Under the pieces are notes generated by a model that was not told where the DNA came from, ran no database searches, and was given only the letters and a program-made list of their open reading frames with translations. The position numbers and the translations under genes were made by a program. A DNA stretch of 63,931 nt, filler included, from an uncultured Methanosarcinales archaeon (lineage in GTDB: Archaea; Nanobdellota; Nanobdellia; Woesearchaeales; CAYXTQ01): NCBI GenBank assembly GCA_964608065.1. It is 3 parts of 3 records of this genome, joined end to end, with 100 filler letters (N's around TTAATTAATTAA, not from the genome) between each part and the next. Parts side by side here need not be neighbours in the genome. Positions count along the whole stretch, not along the records: positions 29,173 to 58,211 come from CAZSMA010000005.1; positions 58,312 to 63,931 come from CAZSMA010000088.1; 1 more part is not named here. One strand, 5' to 3'. This document shows positions 50,619 to 60,344 of the stretch, piece after piece. Position 1 is the first letter of the stretch. Each line of letters begins with the position of its first letter.

Positions 50619-51680
50619 TTGCTTTATGACATTGGTAGCATAGCTTCCTTTTTCTAAGAAAAAATAAACAACAACTTTATACTTTTTTTTGTTTAATTCA
50701 TCTTTTTCAGCAGATTTTATTTTAAAATTTTTTATTTTGGCAAATAGGTTTCTTTCACCACCTTCAGAAGTCAGTTCTGGAATTTGTCTTATGATAAAGT
50801 CATGGAATGAAATATTTTCTTTTTTTAGTATTTTATTGACTATGTTTTTTATTTTTTGATTATGGATTTCAGTTCCAAATCCTACTATAGGTAGTTTAAT
50901 GTTATCTTGCGGTTTTAGTTTTAAACAACGGAATTCCACTAATTTATAATTAGTGGAATGAGTAGTGCTCGAAAACCACTTATCATTGGTGGAATTCCGA
51001 GCATCAAAAACCACTGAATGTGCACTGTCACAAATCATGCCACCCATCTTTGATGGGTGGTTTTTGACATATTCATCTATGGTTTTGTTGAATAAATAGC
51101 TTTGGTAAGCATGAACATACATTCTAAGGATTCTTTTGTTGATAGTTCTTAGTGCTCCAATAAAATCATTATTATTTGCTTTTATCTCAGGAATAATATC
51201 ACAAGCTTCTTTGAATTCCTTTTTTATAATGTGTTTTCCGATAATATGGTTGTTTTTGTTTATTCCAAAACGTTGTTCATCAAAATAGTTAGGAATGTGT
51301 TCTATTTTTTTTGTGTTTTTCTTTTTGTCTAAATTCCTTACAGTGATTATGAACTCATTGCCTTCTAAATCTCCTAAATTTAGCCTTTCATTACCTTTGC
51401 CCAAAAACTTCAATTCAATATCTTTTAATTGCAGATTTTTTTTAGGACCATTAGAAATAGAGATATATTGTTCTGTTACAGCAACTTTATCCTTAGTTCC
51501 TGCAAAATTAATGTATTTGGATTTTATCTTTAAATTCCTTGATATAGCATTTATCGCATCTATTGTAGTGTAATTTTTTTTCTTTAATAGATAATAGCTA
51601 TATTTACCTTTGTCGTCAATGTTTGGTTTACTTATCTCTTTTACTATGAAATCTTTAGGAATTGTTTTTATTTTATACAT
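50607..51680 (-). CDS. truD: tRNA pseudouridine(13) synthase TruD with palindromic in-frame insertion
   Basis: DFIVKE, AGTKDKVAVTEQ, PNYFDEQRFG, HAYQSYLFN, KGSYAT. Confidence 0.92.
   Translation of the reverse strand: MYKIKTIPKDFIVKEISKPNIDDKGKYSYYLLKKKNYTTIDAINAISRNLKIKSKYINFAGTKDKVAVTEQYISISNGPKKNLQLKDIELKFLGKGNERLNLGDLEGNEFIITVRNLDKKKNTKKIEHIPNYFDEQRFGINKNNHIIGKHIIKKEFKEACDIIPEIKANNNDFIGALRTINKRILRMYVHAYQSYLFNKTIDEYVKNHPSKMGGMICDSAHSVVFDARNSTNDKWFSSTTHSTNYKLVEFRCLKLKPQDNIKLPIVGFGTEIHNQKIKNIVNKILKKENISFHDFIIRQIPELTSEGGERNLFAKIKNFKIKSAEKDELNKKKYKVVVYFFLEKGSYATNVIKQLFT
50928..51070. repeat. MITE/REP-like palindromic element inside truD
   Basis: TCAAAAACCAC (51004-51014) and GTGGTTTTTGA (51057-51067); TGCTCGAAAACCACTTATCATTG matches 21005-21030; hairpins TTCCACTAATT-TAT-AATTAGTGGAA and CCACCCATC-TTT-GATGGGTGG. 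Confidence 0.78.
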
Positions 51681-51737
51681 TAATTTTGTTATAAGTATGA
51701 AAAGCTTTAAAAATATTGTTAAACTTATAGGAATTAT

Positions 51738-51812
51738 GAGCCTGTGGCCTAGTTTGGATTGGGCGACTGCCTCCTAAGCAGTAGGTCGGGAGTTCAAATC
51801 TCCCCAGGCTCG
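51738..51812 (+). tRNA. tRNA-Arg(CCT)
   Basis: GAGCCTG/CAGGCTC acceptor, ACTGC-CTCCTAA-GCAGT anticodon arm, GTTCAAATC T loop; CCA not encoded. Confidence 0.95.
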
Positions 51813-51819
51813 TTTTAAA

Positions 51820-52911
51820 ATGAACTTAAAACCAATATACTTAAGCGAAGGAAACAGGATTTTCAAGAGATCCCTTTATGTTAGAAAATATGGTTTTAAA
51901 CAATATAAAGGGAATGCTAAAGAAATCTGCAAACAAATTGTAAAAGACTGCTGGAATGGAAAATATTTTCAGACAAGCAAGGGTCATTTTTCTCAGTTCT
52001 GGACTAGAGATTTTGGATTTTGTACAGAATCTCTGATGAAGTTAGGGTATAAAAAAGAAGTTAGAAAGACATTAAAGTATGCATTAGATATTTTCTCAAA
52101 GCATAATAAAATAACAACAACAATAACTCCTAATGAGGTTCCATATGATCTTCCATATTATGCTCCAGATTCCTTAGCTTATCTTATAAGAAGCCTTAGG
52201 ATAAGCAATTCAATAGATTTGATAAAAAAACATAAAGATTTTTTAAATAAAGAGATAAATAAATTTTTCAATATTGTAATAGACAGAAAAACAGGATTAG
52301 TAAGGAAAAACAAAAGATATTCTTCAATGAAAGACATGTCAATTAGGAAATCAAGCTGTTATGATAATTGCTGTGCAGCTATGCTTAATAACGAGTTAAA
52401 AAAAATTAAAATCTTGGAGAACCCATTAAAAAACTATGATTTAAAAAAAAAAATTAAAGAAAATTTTTGGAAAACACACTATTTCATAGATGATCTTTCT
52501 GGAAATAACCTGGTTACAGGCGATGCTAATGTTATTCCATTTTATTTTGAGATATTTGATGACAAAAAGATGTTCAGATCTGTACTTAATAAAATTCAGG
52601 AAATTGGACTTGACAAACCATTTCCAATGAAATATTCTCTTAATAAACCAAAGATGATGTGGATTGATAAATTATTAGATAATTATGAAGGAAACACTAT
52701 ATGGTGCCATCTCGGATTAATATTCGTAAAAACAGTCTATAGATATGATAAGAAGCTTGCTAAATATTATCTTAATCAATATAAAAAAATTATAGAAAAA
52801 AAAACAAACTTTATTGAAGTTTTCTTTCCTAATGGAAAACCTTATAAGAATTTTTGGTATTATGCTGATGAGTCAATGCTGTGGGCTAGTATATTCTTAG
52901 ATTTATACTAA
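51820..52911 (+). CDS. Six-hairpin (alpha/alpha)6 glycoside hydrolase-like protein
   Basis: FWTRDF near N-terminus, Y.G..IW.H.G and F.EVF near C-terminus. Confidence 0.6.
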   Translation: MNLKPIYLSEGNRIFKRSLYVRKYGFKQYKGNAKEICKQIVKDCWNGKYFQTSKGHFSQFWTRDFGFCTESLMKLGYKKEVRKTLKYALDIFSKHNKITTTITPNEVPYDLPYYAPDSLAYLIRSLRISNSIDLIKKHKDFLNKEINKFFNIVIDRKTGLVRKNKRYSSMKDMSIRKSSCYDNCCAAMLNNELKKIKILENPLKNYDLKKKIKENFWKTHYFIDDLSGNNLVTGDANVIPFYFEIFDDKKMFRSVLNKIQEIGLDKPFPMKYSLNKPKMMWIDKLLDNYEGNTIWCHLGLIFVKTVYRYDKKLAKYYLNQYKKIIEKKTNFIEVFFPNGKPYKNFWYYADESMLWASIFLDLY

Positions 52912-54336
52912 TTTTTTTAGAATTTGCATTACTTTTTGACCGTCTACTTTTCCCCTGTATTTAGCCATGATTATACCCATATAAGCTCCAACACTTAAAG
53001 CAGGTTTAGCTTCAACAATCTTTTTTATTTCATTCTCTAAATTGTCCTCAGAAACTCCTTTGTACTTAGAAATATCAACTTTTTTACCTTTTATTTTTCC
53101 AACTAATAACTCAATAACAGCTTCTTTACTTATCTTGTTTTTGTCTAAGTGACTTAATATTTCTTTAAAGTCCTCTTCTTTTAATTTTTCAGAGTCTAAA
53201 TCAAATCTTTTTTTTATTTCTTTAGGGATGTTTACTAAAGTGTGTGCAATAAAACTTGGCTCAATGTTCTTGAACTGGCTGACGTAGTCTTCAAAATCAA
53301 TTTTTCTTTTGATTAATTCTTCAGCTACATCTTTTCTTAGTTTATATTTTTGTTCAAGATTTTTTGCTTTCTCTGATATTAATTCAGGCAGTTTTATTCC
53401 TGCAACTTTTTCTTTTGTAATATTTATTGGAGCAACATCAGTCTCAGGATACATTCTGGCAGAACCTGGCATTGGCCTTAGGAAAGAGGTTGTAAAATCT
53501 TGCTCGCTTTTTCTTACCTCTTGTTTTAATTTTTTGCCTTGTTTTATTAGATCTAATTGTCTTTTTACTTCGTTTTCTATGACTTTAGGAATGCTTTTCA
53601 AATCCTGGAAACCCTTTATTTCGGTTCTTGCACCGTTTTTGATAGAAACATTAACATCCTGTCTTATTGAACCAATACCCCTTTTGACTTTCCCTGTACT
53701 TCTTAAAACCATTCCTAATATTGAAGCTACTTCTTTTGCATGCTCTGCATCTTTAATGTCAGCGTCTGTTCCTATTTCAACTAAAGGAATTCCTAGTCTG
53801 TCTAATCTGTAAGTTACAGAATCTTTTGTTTCTTTTATTTTCTTTGCAGCTTCTTCTTCTAAACAAATAAGAGGGATGTTAACCCTTCCTTTAGAAGTGT
53901 CAATGTAACCATCAGTAGCTATTAGTGCTGTTCTTTGGAATCCTGATGTGTTAGATCCATCTACAACAGTTTTTCTCATAACCTGTACTTCATCAACGAT
54001 TTTTGCATTTAATAATAAAGCAACTTCTAAGGCAATATCTAAAGCTTCTTTGTTTATAGGATGTGGCGGTTCACAATCATGCTCTACTAAACAACTGCTA
54101 GTGCTGCAGGCTTCATAGATAATCTCTTTGTTTTTTTCCATCTCATGCTTTGCTGCAATGTCTACTTCACCTGTTTCACCTGCTACAGGCCTTAGTTTTC
54201 TTACAAAATTTATATCAACAGGATTGGTATCATTAACTAAACTAGGACAATCACAGAATAATTTGTTAGTTTCAAGCTGCTGATGTATTTCTAAGCCTGC
54301 TTTAAATCCAAGCTTTTTATAGTCTACATCTCCCAT
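52903..54336 (-). CDS. gatE: Glu-tRNA(Gln) amidotransferase subunit E (short form)
   Basis: GLEIHQQL..KLFC, MRKTVVDGSNTSGFQRT, LDRLGIPLVEI, RQDVNVSI, ARMYPETD. Confidence 0.93.
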   Translation of the reverse strand: MGDVDYKKLGFKAGLEIHQQLETNKLFCDCPSLVNDTNPVDINFVRKLRPVAGETGEVDIAAKHEMEKNKEIIYEACSTSSCLVEHDCEPPHPINKEALDIALEVALLLNAKIVDEVQVMRKTVVDGSNTSGFQRTALIATDGYIDTSKGRVNIPLICLEEEAAKKIKETKDSVTYRLDRLGIPLVEIGTDADIKDAEHAKEVASILGMVLRSTGKVKRGIGSIRQDVNVSIKNGARTEIKGFQDLKSIPKVIENEVKRQLDLIKQGKKLKQEVRKSEQDFTTSFLRPMPGSARMYPETDVAPINITKEKVAGIKLPELISEKAKNLEQKYKLRKDVAEELIKRKIDFEDYVSQFKNIEPSFIAHTLVNIPKEIKKRFDLDSEKLKEEDFKEILSHLDKNKISKEAVIELLVGKIKGKKVDISKYKGVSEDNLENEIKKIVEAKPALSVGAYMGIIMAKYRGKVDGQKVMQILKKLV

Positions 54337-54352
54337 TTTAGCAGCCCAACCC

Positions 54353-55640
54353 TTATAAGAACTCATCTGGTTCAATTCTTGTGTTAATTTCTCCTCTTAA
54401 GTTTGTTTTCATCAGTTCTTTTACTTTTTCTTTTGAATAATTTCCAAGTAACCATGCTAATTTTATAAAAGCAGTTTCTGTAAGCATATCATCTCCTGGA
54501 ATCACACCTATATTTACCAGGTCAATTGCATCACTATAGACATGCATCTGCACTCTTCCAAATACACATTGTGATGTCATAACAACTACACAACCAGAGG
54601 TTATAAGGTCTTCTATTGCCTTAAGATTTTTTTTGTGTATCTGGCAAATTTCGTTTGGAACTCCTACCGGAGCTTGTCCAAGGCCTGTTCCTTCTATTAT
54701 CAATCCTTTATAACCTTTGTAAAATTTGAATTGTTCAGGAACCATATTTGTATGCACTTTTATTATTGCAACTTTTTCTTCCATCTTATCCTTTACTGTA
54801 AACTTTTTGTTCAACTTTTTCTGAGAGCTTTTTTTTATGTATTCTACTTTTCCATCATTATAGACACGAGCTATTGGTTTATCATTAACAACTTTGAAAG
54901 CATCTCTTCTTGAAGTATGCAATTTCCTTGTTTTTGTCGCAGGCATTATTAAACAAGATTTGTCACCCATTGATTCATGCATGCAAATTGCAACACCCGG
55001 GTGTTTTTTTTTTTTTGATGTAATGAGCAGCACATATCAAATTTAATGCAGCATCACTGCTTCCACGGTCAGAACTTCTTTGAGATCCTGTAATTATAAC
55101 TGGGATTGGCAGATTTTCCAGTATAAAAGCAAGAGCAGCAGCACTATAACCCATTGTGTCTGTTCCGTGTGTTATGATAACACCATCAGCTCCTTTTTCA
55201 ATACATTTCTTTATGTCTTTAGCTATTATAGAATAATGTTTGAATCTTATGTCTTCAGAAAACATATTGGCAATTAGCCAGGCATCAATGTTTGCAATAT
55301 CCTGCAGTTCTGGAAACATGTTAATAAGTTCATCAGGAGTGAATCTGGCATTTACTCCTCCTGTCCTGTAATCCACTTTGGAAGCAATTGTTCCTCCAGT
55401 GTGCAGTACATATATTAATGGCTTGTTTTTATCATGTCCGAATCTTTTTTTACTTTGAATTGATTTTTGCATGCATTTTTCAACCACTTCAATCTCCTTG
55501 ACTTTTTTTTTTTTAATACCAATATTATAACCATTATCCAGTTTTATAACTACAGAATCGGTTTCTTGGTTAGGCATGAAAATTCCTTTTATTTCTTTAT
55601 CTTTTGTTATAACTTTTACTATATCTCCTGCTTTTGCCAT
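54353..55640 (-). CDS. gatD: Glu-tRNA(Gln) amidotransferase subunit D (split by frameshift in poly-T 55004-55016)
   Basis: KLDNGYNIG, TGGTIASKVDY, HGTDTM, GSQRSSDR in ORF 54975-55640; KLHTSRRDAF, GTGLG in ORF 54353-55033. Confidence 0.9.
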
Positions 55641-55682
55641 AGAAGTATAATTGTTTTTTTAAGGTTATTTAAATATTTTGTT

Positions 55683-58211
55683 TTATCCCATATAACTTGG
55701 CTTTTCTTCCTGCATCTGTTTTGCTTTTGCTGATCTAAATTGGTCCTTCAGATCTTCATATGATTTCTCTATGTCTTTTGTAACAGATGATCCTACTTTC
55801 TTTAAAGAATCATTAAAATGAGTCATTGTTATTTCTTTTGCCTTGATATCTTTTCTTAGAGCAAATATTGCAGCTTCTCTACAAACTGCTTCGATATCAG
55901 CTCCAACATATCCTTCTGTTTTCTCTGCAAGTTGGCTAAGCACTTCTTGTTTTCCCTTTTTAATATCATGTAATAAACTAACTAATTTTTTAAAGTCATA
56001 TTTGTCATTAATCTTTGGTTTCTCTCTTTTTTCATTTTGGTAATTTTCCTCATCTATTCTAACACTAATTATATGTTTATAATTCTTCAATAAATCAATA
56101 TCATTTTCATTTTTTTTAAAATCAAGAGACAAATCGGATAAATACTTGTCATAATTCTTTTTTGATAATCCCTTAATGATTTCTTGTAATTCTTGTGATT
56201 TTTTTTCAGTTATGATAGGGACTGCTTTTGTATGCACTTTGAATATTTCTAATCTTGCCTGTTTATTAGGTATATTTGTCAATATAATCCTGTCAAATCT
56301 TCCAGGTCTTAATAATCCCGGATCAATAATATCAGGTCTGTTAGTCGCTGCTATGATAACAACATCGTGCATCTCTTCCAAGCCGTCTATTTCAGTCAAT
56401 AATTGATTGACAACACGTTCAGAAACATGTGAATCAGAGCTTGCTCCTCTTCTTGGAGCTAATGAGTCAATTTCATCAAAGAAAATTATTGTAGGAGCGG
56501 TTTGTCTTGCTTTTTTGAATATTTCTCTAACTGCTTTTTCTGATTCTCCAACCCATTTGCTTAATAGTTCAGGACCTTTAATTGAGATAAAGTTTGATTC
56601 TGCTTCTTTTGCAACAGCTTTTGCAAGCATTGTTTTTCCTGTTCCTGGAGCTCCGTAAATCAGAACACCTTTTGGAGGTTTTACACCCATTCTTTTGAAT
56701 GCTTCTGGATGTTTTAATGGCCATTCAACAGCTTCTTTCAATTCCTGTTTTACATCTTCTAATCCTCCAATATCAGTCCATTTAACATTAGGTTTTTCAA
56801 TCAGAACCTCTCTTAATGCAGAAGGCCTGACAATTTTTAGTGCTTCCTTGAAATCTTCTTTAGTGATCCTTAATCTTTCAAGCATTTCTTTTGGGATAGA
56901 TTGATCTTCTTTTAATTTTAGGTCAGGAAGAACTCTTCTTAAGACAACCATTGCTGCTTCTTTTGCTAAAGCAGATACATCTGCTCCAACAAAACCATGA
57001 GTTACATTTGCTAATTCACTTATATCAACATCTTTTGCCAAAGGCATATTTCTTGTATGGATCTTTAAAACAATTTCCCTTCCTTTTTTGTCAGGAACTC
57101 CAATCTCGATTTCTCTGTCGAACCTTCCAGGACGTCTTAAGGCAGGGTCTAATACATTAGGGATATTTGATGCAGCTATAACAACAACTTTTCCTCTGGA
57201 TTTTAGACCATCCATTAAAGCAAGAAGTTGTGCAACTACTCTTCTTTCAACTTCTCCATGAGTTTCTTCTCTTTTAGAGGCAATTGCATCGATCTCATCT
57301 ATAAATATGATAGAAGGAGCGTTTTTTTCTGCTTCTTCAAACTTTTTTCTTAAGTTTTCTTCAGATTGGCCGTAAAATTTACTCATTATTTCAGGGCCAT
57401 TGATTAAAATAAAATGTGAGTTAGTTTCATTTGCAACAGCTTTTGCTAGTAATGTTTTTCCTGTTCCAGGTGGGCCATGTAATAAAACACCTTTTGGAGG
57501 CTCTACTCCTAATCTTTCAAATATTTCAGGATGTTTTAATGGCAATTCAACCATTTCCCTTACTTTTTGGATTTCGTCTTCTAACCCCCCAATATCTTCG
57601 TAAGTTACTTCCAGAACCTGGTCTTCTGTAACTTCTATTGCCTCTGGGTTGAACACAACCTCTGTTCTTTCAGAAATAATAACAGCTTGTTTTGGCAGTG
57701 TGTCTGCTACAATAAATTTTAAGTCACCAAAACCAAACCCTGCCATAGACTCATCCAATATATTAAAGATATCTTCATAAAAAGGACTGTCACTCATAGC
57801 ATTCCTTCTTTTTCTTGTTCCTCCTAGAACGACAATATCACCTTTTAAAACAGCCCTGCCTAATAACCCTTGTTTGAATACATTTGGAGAGGCTCTTACA
57901 ATAACTCCTTTCTTAGAAGGGGCTATTATAACTTTTTTAGCTTCTTTTACCTCTGTTTTTCTTACTTTAATTAGTTCTCCAATACCAGTTTTAGCATTTC
58001 TTCTTATGATGCCGTCCATTCGTATAAGGTTTAATCCAATATCACCAGGGTAAGCTCTGTCAACAATAGCTAATGTTTTTCTTTCTCCTTCAATCTCTAC
58101 TATGTCTCCAGGTTTTACTTCTACATCCTTCATAAAGCTAGAATCAATCCTAACTATACCTTTATTTACATCATCTTGTATAGCTTCTGCAACTTTAAGC
58201 TTTATTTCTTT
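55683..58211 (-). CDS. cdc48: Cdc48/VCP AAA+ ATPase (N-terminus cut by linker)
   Basis: Two AAA modules GPPGTGKT and [16 protein letters not shown]-terminal HbYX (YMG); frame open up to gap ([20 protein letters not shown]). Confidence 0.94.
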   Translation of the reverse strand, partial: KEIKLKVAEAIQDDVNKGIVRIDSSFMKDVEVKPGDIVEIEGERKTLAIVDRAYPGDIGLNLIRMDGIIRRNAKTGIGELIKVRKTEVKEAKKVIIAPSKKGVIVRASPNVFKQGLLGRAVLKGDIVVLGGTRKRRNAMSDSPFYEDIFNILDESMAGFGFGDLKFIVADTLPKQAVIISERTEVVFNPEAIEVTEDQVLEVTYEDIGGLEDEIQKVREMVELPLKHPEIFERLGVEPPKGVLLHGPPGTGKTLLAKAVANETNSHFILINGPEIMSKFYGQSEENLRKKFEEAEKNAPSIIFIDEIDAIASKREETHGEVERRVVAQLLALMDGLKSRGKVVVIAASNIPNVLDPALRRPGRFDREIEIGVPDKKGREIVLKIHTRNMPLAKDVDISELANVTHGFVGADVSALAKEAAMVVLRRVLPDLKLKEDQSIPKEMLERLRITKEDFKEALKIVRPSALREVLIEKPNVKWTDIGGLEDVKQELKEAVEWPLKHPEAFKRMGVKPPKGVLIYGAPGTGKTMLAKAVAKEAESNFISIKGPELLSKWVGESEKAVREIFKKARQTAPTIIFFDEIDSLAPRRGASSDSHVSERVVNQLLTEIDGLEEMHDVVIIAATNRPDIIDPGLLRPGRFDRIILTNIPNKQARLEIFKVHTKAVPIITEKKSQELQEIIKGLSKKNYDKYLSDLSLDFKKNENDIDLLKNYKHIISVRIDEENYQNEKREKPKINDKYDFKKLVSLLHDIKKGKQEVLSQLAEKTEGYVGADIEAVCREAAIFALRKDIKAKEITMTHFNDSLKKVGSSVTKDIEKSYEDLKDQFRSAKAKQMQEEKPSYMG

Positions 58212-58311
58212 NNNNNNNNNNNNNNNNNNNNNNNNNNNNNNNNNNNNNNNNNNNNTTAATTAATTAANNNNNNNNNNNNNNNNNNNNNNNNNNNNNNNNN
58301 NNNNNNNNNNN
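58212..58311. other. Artificial contig-join linker
   Basis: N-run, TTAATTAATTAA, N-run; 100 nt. Confidence 0.97.
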
Positions 58312-58477
58312 CCTTTACAATCTTCAACATATTTTTAGCATCATCTATCTTCTTATAAGCAGATTTTTCAAAATGAGACACAGCTGGCTGTGAAATCTTT
58401 AACTGTTTAGCCACTTCTACTTGAGAAAACCCTTTAATTCTAAGTTTTAAAATTGTAATTTCCTTTTCAGTTAACAT
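58312..58477 (-). CDS. Small HTH DNA-binding protein (Tfx/LuxR-like), 3' truncated by linker
   Basis: MLTEKE..IL.LR.KGFSQ.EVA..LKISQ.AVS. Confidence 0.75.
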
Positions 58478-58697
58478 AAGTATTACAAGTTATATAAGTA
58501 ATAAAGGTTATATATAAATTTATCGTTTTTATTTATCTTCCATATTGAAAATAATTAAAATACTAATTTGCATACATACTAACAATCTTTAATTCATTAT
58601 AGCAATATTTATAAACCTAAAAAACAAAAACTAAAAAATTAAGGGGTGTTATTGTAAAACTTAAAAAAAAAAAAAAAGCAAAAAAAAAAAAAAAAAA

Positions 58698-59768
58698 ATG
58701 ATACGCCTAACTCTAGAAAATATTATTGAAAAAAATATAGACCTTAAGAATATTTTTGATGAAGTCATAGAAGAGGACAAAAGTATTCTTGTCAATAGAC
58801 TAGTATCTCATGGGAAATTAGTTGACTCAAATAGTTTTAAAGCAGAGTTAGTTTACAAAGTAGGTGAAATAATATCTAATGTAGATAGACCTAATAAACT
58901 CTACCGAATAAATAAAATACAAGATAATGGAAACCTACAGGACACTGCTTTAATATTTATTAATTGGTGGGGCCACCACTATGAAAAAAGAATTCATGAT
59001 TTCCTCAAAAAATCAATTGATTCTTTCTTAGGAAAAGGACATTACGAACTTTTTCAGTACCTAAACAAGGAATACATCACAACTGACATGGTTAGGGTCC
59101 ACGGAACAGAAGATATAGGGCCATATTATTTTTATCATTCTGCGCGTATTGCAAATTATTTAAATATAAAAAAAAGCCCTAGAATAGCAATAGATCTTGC
59201 ATTAGCTCATGATTTTATTGAAGATATGACTAAGTATAGAAACATAAAAGAATATAATATCGAAGAACTACCCGAATATAGAAAAATCGGAGAATTATTT
59301 AAAAACGAACCCGAGTATGCGACAACACTCCTTACATTCCTAAAGACCCTAACAAAAAAACCGCAAGAAAAGCCAGAAGAATACCTTTTAAAATTAATCA
59401 AAGATTGTGAAACCTTTGCCAACAGCACAGGCCTAGTTAAAAAATACTTCTATGTACCAGCTTTAGTTAAGCTTGCAGATTACATAGACAATACAGTAGA
59501 CCTTACACAGCTAACTCCTGATATGCAAGATAGCAGAAATGATAAAAATTATGTCTTACTTACAGGAATTAATTCTCTTATTAATAAGTTCAATATTCAT
59601 GATGACAGATTATTAGAATTAAGAAAAGAATTATTAGAAGTTTCAATAAGAAGGACAGAAGATAAAACAGCACATGAAAGATTCACAGGAATATGGAAGC
59701 AATTATACCCTGTTGAAGAAATTCCAGCAAAAGACCGAATTTTTCTAAAAACCTATCCAAAAAACTAG
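58698..59768 (+). CDS. HD-domain protein of RelA/SpoT hydrolase (Mesh1/SAH) type
   Basis: PYYFYH, ALAHDFIED, LTK, LVKLADYIDN match PY..H / LLHD..ED / VKLADR.HN. Confidence 0.7.
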   Translation: MIRLTLENIIEKNIDLKNIFDEVIEEDKSILVNRLVSHGKLVDSNSFKAELVYKVGEIISNVDRPNKLYRINKIQDNGNLQDTALIFINWWGHHYEKRIHDFLKKSIDSFLGKGHYELFQYLNKEYITTDMVRVHGTEDIGPYYFYHSARIANYLNIKKSPRIAIDLALAHDFIEDMTKYRNIKEYNIEELPEYRKIGELFKNEPEYATTLLTFLKTLTKKPQEKPEEYLLKLIKDCETFANSTGLVKKYFYVPALVKLADYIDNTVDLTQLTPDMQDSRNDKNYVLLTGINSLINKFNIHDDRLLELRKELLEVSIRRTEDKTAHERFTGIWKQLYPVEEIPAKDRIFLKTYPKN

Positions 59769-59781
59769 TATCAAAACACCA

Positions 59782-60237
59782 TCAATTAACAACCCTTAAT
59801 CTTCTTGACTTAGGCACAAAATTCAATAATTTTTTTTCAACTATCTTTCCAGTTCCATAAAAATCGTCCTTATTCTTAATTAAAACAAAACCTTTAAGCT
59901 CAGATTCAATAACAAAATCTTCTCCTTTAACCCATGAGTTTAACTGATAATCATCAAGCTCTAAAATATTCTTTTTTGCATATTTTCCTATTAATTGAGA
60001 ACCTTCTATACTTAACCTTAAGCTATCATTCCTTAACTCCCCAAAATATAATCCTAAATTATTAACCCTTATCTTAGAAAAATCAACTTTATCTATATCC
60101 TTATTAACAATAAACAACCTGTTCTTGTTGTTCATCAAGAAGCAATAATCTAATTTAACATCTGAATCCCATTGTTTTTTTATAATAGCTAATATATTCT
60201 TAATTTCCTTTTTGTTTAATATCTTTAATTGTTGCAT
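59782..60237 (-). CDS. NIP7/RsmF C-terminal-like PUA-related protein
   Basis: GLYFG..RLSIEGSQLIG..W.KGED..NFVPKSRR. Confidence 0.7.
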   Translation of the reverse strand: MQQLKILNKKEIKNILAIIKKQWDSDVKLDYCFLMNNKNRLFIVNKDIDKVDFSKIRVNNLGLYFGELRNDSLRLSIEGSQLIGKYAKKNILELDDYQLNSWVKGEDFVIESELKGFVLIKNKDDFYGTGKIVEKKLLNFVPKSRRLRVVN

Positions 60238-60344
60238 ATTTACTATACTTATTGGTTTATATTTAAAGATTATTATACTATTACAAAGTAGTAAATAAAC
60301 AGAAAGATTTATATATTAGTTAGATATGAAACATAATATTTACT

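Noticed and set aside
54975..55033. gatD frameshift at a 13-T run as phase variation or programmed frameshift
   Set aside because: Essential gene, and the window has many implausibly long homopolymers (21675-21690, 42185-42210, 58663-58698); sequencing or consensus error is more likely
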